From contig CAWCVB010000002.1 of assembly GCA_963798915.1 (NCBI GenBank), positions 480,001 through 544,000 on the forward strand: DNA of 64,000 nucleotides. Direction: 5' to 3'. A program made the translations under genes and the position numbers. This document shows, piece by piece, positions 60,522 to 64,000 of the stretch. The first letter of the stretch is position 1; every line of letters starts with the position of its first letter. The notes under the pieces are model-generated. The model was given only the letters and a program-made list of their open reading frames with translations. It ran no database searches and had not been told where the DNA came from. This DNA comes from an uncultured Gemmatimonadales bacterium. GTDB lineage: Bacteria; Gemmatimonadota; Gemmatimonadetes; Gemmatimonadales; GWC2-71-9.

Positions 60522-62621
60522 CTATTCCGCTATCCAGAATGGCTGACTTCGGGAGACGGAAAGAATGCCGCGGCCCCCCAACTCCACAGTCAGCCGATAA
60601 TACCCGGGCTGGAGCTCGCTCAAGTGGAGCGACAACCGCACTGCCAAGCTCGTGCCGTCGGCGTGTGCAGTCACCTGTGTCGTGACGCTTCTTCCCTCCG
60701 CGCCATCCGCCGGCTCAATGCGCGTGCGCACCGTCATTGGAGCACCACTCGGCAGGTCCTCAGCCTCCAGCAACACTTCCATATCATCACCCACGCGGTA
60801 TGCGTTAGAGGCGCTGAGTGGAAATGCCCCAGCCGGTGTTGGCCAGCGCAGTTCGGTGTTTGGAGTTCCGAGCAGGAAGACGCAGACCGTCGGTCGCCCG
60901 CCGACGGGCGCCGGGACGTCGACGCCCAGCTGCAGCCCAGACGAACCAGCTGCTGGATCCGCACCAGTCAACAGCCATCTGATTTCGTACTCGCCGGTCG
61001 CGACGGGGAAATCTACGGCTCCCGCGACCCATTGGTTCGGGCGGACCGGACGCGTCGCATCGTAAAGCAGCGTGGTATCGAATGTGACCGGTGATCCTCC
61101 CCCTTTGGAAAGGGCTGTGATCCGGAGTCGGAGCGGTAGTGCCGGTCGGCCTCCTAATGAGATCAGCTCAAGACTCTGAGGCGGGATGCCAAACGCCACG
61201 AGCAGCCGCCCGGGCTGGGCCAGGCCGTACGCGCGCAGGACAGCATTAAGCGAGTGGTCGAAGTGAAGGGGGTACGCGTTCGTCGTCACGGCCAATGTGA
61301 TGTTATCCATGGATGCCGAAGCCACTTGACGTCGTAGTGCGGCCCGGCGCAACGGACGATATTCCTCCAGCCAGCGCGCGTATACCGAATCGTAGTCTGC
61401 CAGCATCGAGAGGTTGTCCCCGCCCAGACCCCCGGCACCAACTTGAAATCGGCGTAGGCACAAAAGGCGATAGGTGAACGCATGAGAGTGAAGTAAAGGC
61501 GAAAGTTCACTATCATGCCGCGATCGGGACCATTTTCGTACAGCCATGAAAACACAGGACAGCCCTGAACAGTCTCGGTGCCCGAACGAAGGACTCGGGT
61601 CGGGGGGCCATGGCGAATAAAGATGACGCCGCGGTCATCCACAAGACGCTGTCCACTGCGATACGGCATAGCTTTGTTGAAATCGCGGTCGTGCACTCGA
61701 AGCGCAAACTCGGCGCGGGCAAAGCGGATGCGTCGTTCATGTTCCGCGAGCCGCTCGCCAACCGAACGGAAGTCGGCCGCTGCACGCCGCTCCCAGAACG
61801 CATGTGCCCAACTAGCTCGCTCCGTCACGCTCAGGGAGTCGAAGGCCTCCATCTCCGCGTCCGTGGCGACCCACGCAAAATCCTGATGAAACACGCTGCG
61901 CGCTGCCTCGCTCCGGACCTCGCCAAATGCCCGGAACCACGTCGCTTCACCCGTGGCCAGTTGACCGCCATGAGCTGGCCCCGGGCTAACGACAACAGCG
62001 CGAGAGCGGAATCGCCCCGAAGCTCAAGTACACGAGCGGCGGCAGCAATCGCACTATCTGGATTGCCCCAGTCCAGCTCGATCTGAGCGCGGGCGAGCAA
62101 TGCCTGCGCATTCGTGGATGTCAGAGATGCAGCGCTTCGAATCGCCGCCGCGTCATCGTTACTGCCGATATGGGCGAGAGTTCGAAGCCGACTGTCGGCA
62201 AGCAGGGTTGCGGCGAGAGCGTAATTTGGATCGCGTTTGAGCGCTTCGCGCAGCGCCACCGCTGCGCGTTGCGCGTAGGACATCCGATAAGCCCGCGATC
62301 GCGTGTGTGAGCAACCACACCCAGAATGGCGAGCTGATACCGCGCTCTGCCTGCCAGATACCACGCTTCTGCGAGGGCGTCACGCTTCAGCAGTGTGGGC
62401 ACCAGAAGGTCAAGGGCCTTGTTCAGGAGCTGAGGGTCACGCTGTGCAACGCCGCTATCAATACGAGCCCGCACTGATGCGAGATCGCCGACAAAGGCAG
62501 GCAGTTCATGGGAGGCGAGGGCGGGTGTGAGTTCGTTGCTGGATTGTCGGGCATGGACCGTCCCGGTCGTCGTCCCGATACCCACGATTGTGGCCAGCAA
62601 GCAACAAGTCGCGTGTCTCAT
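60522..62621 (-). pseudogene. Exported TPR plus GWxTD-domain protein, frameshifted several times
   Basis: Signal peptide at 62621; TPR-like helices; AFWERR...ERLAEHERRIRFA...DDRGVIFIRHGPP; beta-sandwich C-terminus; spread over four ORFs. Confidence 0.7.
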
Positions 62622-62784
62622 GGCGAACCATTCCAAGCCGCAGTACCGATTCTTGAAAGCCTGACCGCATTCGGTGCGGAGACCCGTGCAGGCAGCCGGG
62701 GATGCTTGCGCTAGCCTCAACCGACTACCCTGCGCTAGTACACCTGTTAGTAGTATGCTAGCGCAGGGCTCCGGAATCCACTCG

Positions 62785-63213
62785 TCAGCACTCCACGATG
62801 GAAATTGATCCGCACTGGTACCACTCTCCAGTGCCGGGCGAGCATCCGTCGTTGTGGTCCGGGCTAAGTGTCGGGCCACAGCAGTTATTCCCTTGGTAGC
62901 ACGAGGTTCCGCTGTCGTGAATACCGCCACTTCCCTCGCTGCAAGAGGGCTTCGCCCAGCTCCCCTCCCCATCGCCTTCGTTTATCGCTAGGCAGCAGGC
63001 ACCTCGGGGATCGGTTGCAGGGTCCCACCCGCACTGCGCGATGGAGCAACTCCAAGCCGCGCAGCCACTCAGAGCTTTCTGAAAGACCGGGATGGGTGTC
63101 TCGGGGGCGGTCGCCTCGGGGCCGGCGAGCCCTTGCGCATCTGAGCACGCAGCGGCGAGGGAGACGGACAGCAGGACGAACAGTACGGAGCACCACTTCT
63201 GCCTCGAGCGCAT
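62785..63213 (-). CDS. Cysteine-rich small lipoprotein
   Basis: RBS GGAGG; lipobox AAAC; 12 further Cys in the C-terminal 92 residues. Confidence 0.75.
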   Translation of the reverse strand: MRSRQKWCSVLFVLLSVSLAAACSDAQGLAGPEATAPETPIPVFQKALSGCAAWSCSIAQCGWDPATDPRGACCLAINEGDGEGSWAKPSCSEGSGGIHDSGTSCYQGNNCCGPTLSPDHNDGCSPGTGEWYQCGSISIVEC

Positions 63214-63234
63214 TGCGACCTCCAGGGGTAGGGT

Positions 63235-63520
63235 CTACTGCGACGAACCTCCGCTTCCTTGTGGCTTCCGGGACGCGGACTTGAGCGCTGCGTGAATCGT
63301 TGCTTCAAATGCCGAGTACGGCAGCGCCCCGCTGAGTACCATGCCGTGGATGCTGTCGACTGCCACGGCCCGGCCAATGATGAACTGAGGGGTGGAGTTG
63401 AGTCCGAGCTTCTGGGCCACGTCGGCATCCTGTCGCACATCCGACAAGTATTTCTCTGTGGAGAAGCACGGGCCGAAGTGCGAGGCTGTGCCGGCGGCGG
63501 ACCCGAGGCAGCGCATCCCG
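63235..63520 (-). pseudogene. C-terminal part of a DsbA-family thioredoxin-fold protein
   Basis: VRQD...AQKLGLNSTPQFIIG...LSGALPYSAFEATI; no CxxC domain upstream. Confidence 0.7.
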
Positions 63521-64000
63521 TGCGCGCAACGTGCGCCGCTAGGGCTAGACGTCGACCCTCCGCCTTGAGCGAGGGAGAGGCACTGCGCATGAGTGCGACG
63601 ATCAGCCCCTTCGGAAGCCCGGCCACACCCAAGCGCTCGACTTCTGCATGAAGGCATGCCAAGAGGCGTCGGGACACGAAGTCGTCATCTGCGACCTGTG
63701 GTTCAGGCGCCAGGAGTGCGAGTACCTCAGCCTGTCGGTGGTGGCACAGGAGCACACGTCTGACGGCCCATAGGGGGTCCTGCGCCAAGGCCAGCTGGAG
63801 CGCTGGGGGCAGGTCGGCCGATGCCGCCGCGATCTGTCGCTGGGCGATGACGGGGCTGCGCGCACACTGCACGATCAGCGTGAGCGGGAGTCGGTTGCCG
63901 GCCGCCGCGGTTACTCGGACGCGAGGCTCCGGGTCCGCAACAAGCCGCTCCAGAACGACCCATGGTAGCCCCCGCCGACGTGCCAGCACGTGGCGAACTT
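63500..64000 (-). CDS. HEAT/LRV-like repeat protein, partial
   Basis: LERLVADPEPRVR, LALAQDPLWAVRR; runs off the window edge. Confidence 0.5.

Larger units (their letters stand above)
53318..64000. mobile_element. Decayed genomic island (right boundary not determined)
   Basis: Begins at the tRNA fragment; visibly lower GC and fragmented ORFs. Confidence 0.55.

Overview
High-GC bacterial chromosome segment; gene content (MqnD, a GWxTD-type protein, REP types) suggests Gemmatimonadota, which is an inference. Core-like genes: MerR-lemA-htpX, an RR/HD-GYP-RR-HEAT-GT2-RR operon, mqnD, glnA, imuA-imuB-dnaE2-DUF72, OsmC, ClC, a sigma54 two-component system, four cupredoxin genes, a nitronate-monooxygenase-like gene and a BON protein. 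These are interleaved with many 7-9 bp tandem arrays, often arranged as inverted pairs. One heptamer array frameshifts dnaE2 by exactly one unit. Accessory region 1 (about 24.9-33.9 kb) is a minus-strand integron-type cassette array with attC sites and an attI-like triple repeat but no integrase in the window. Two different IS110-family elements have inserted into its attC sites, and candidate bridge/seekRNA guide segments can be read in both. One element carries its 209-bp RNA-encoding end in tandem duplicate. Accessory region 2 (after 53.3 kb) is a decayed lower-GC island starting at a 3'-truncated tRNA-Cys. It contains a large STAND-NTPase pseudogene with apparently CC/GG-biased transitions, a frameshifted GWxTD gene, a Cys-rich lipoprotein and a DsbA fragment. 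A RAYT transposase with an internal REP-derived 51-bp tandem array lies just before the tRNA. All family assignments are by eye from motifs; no database searches were run.
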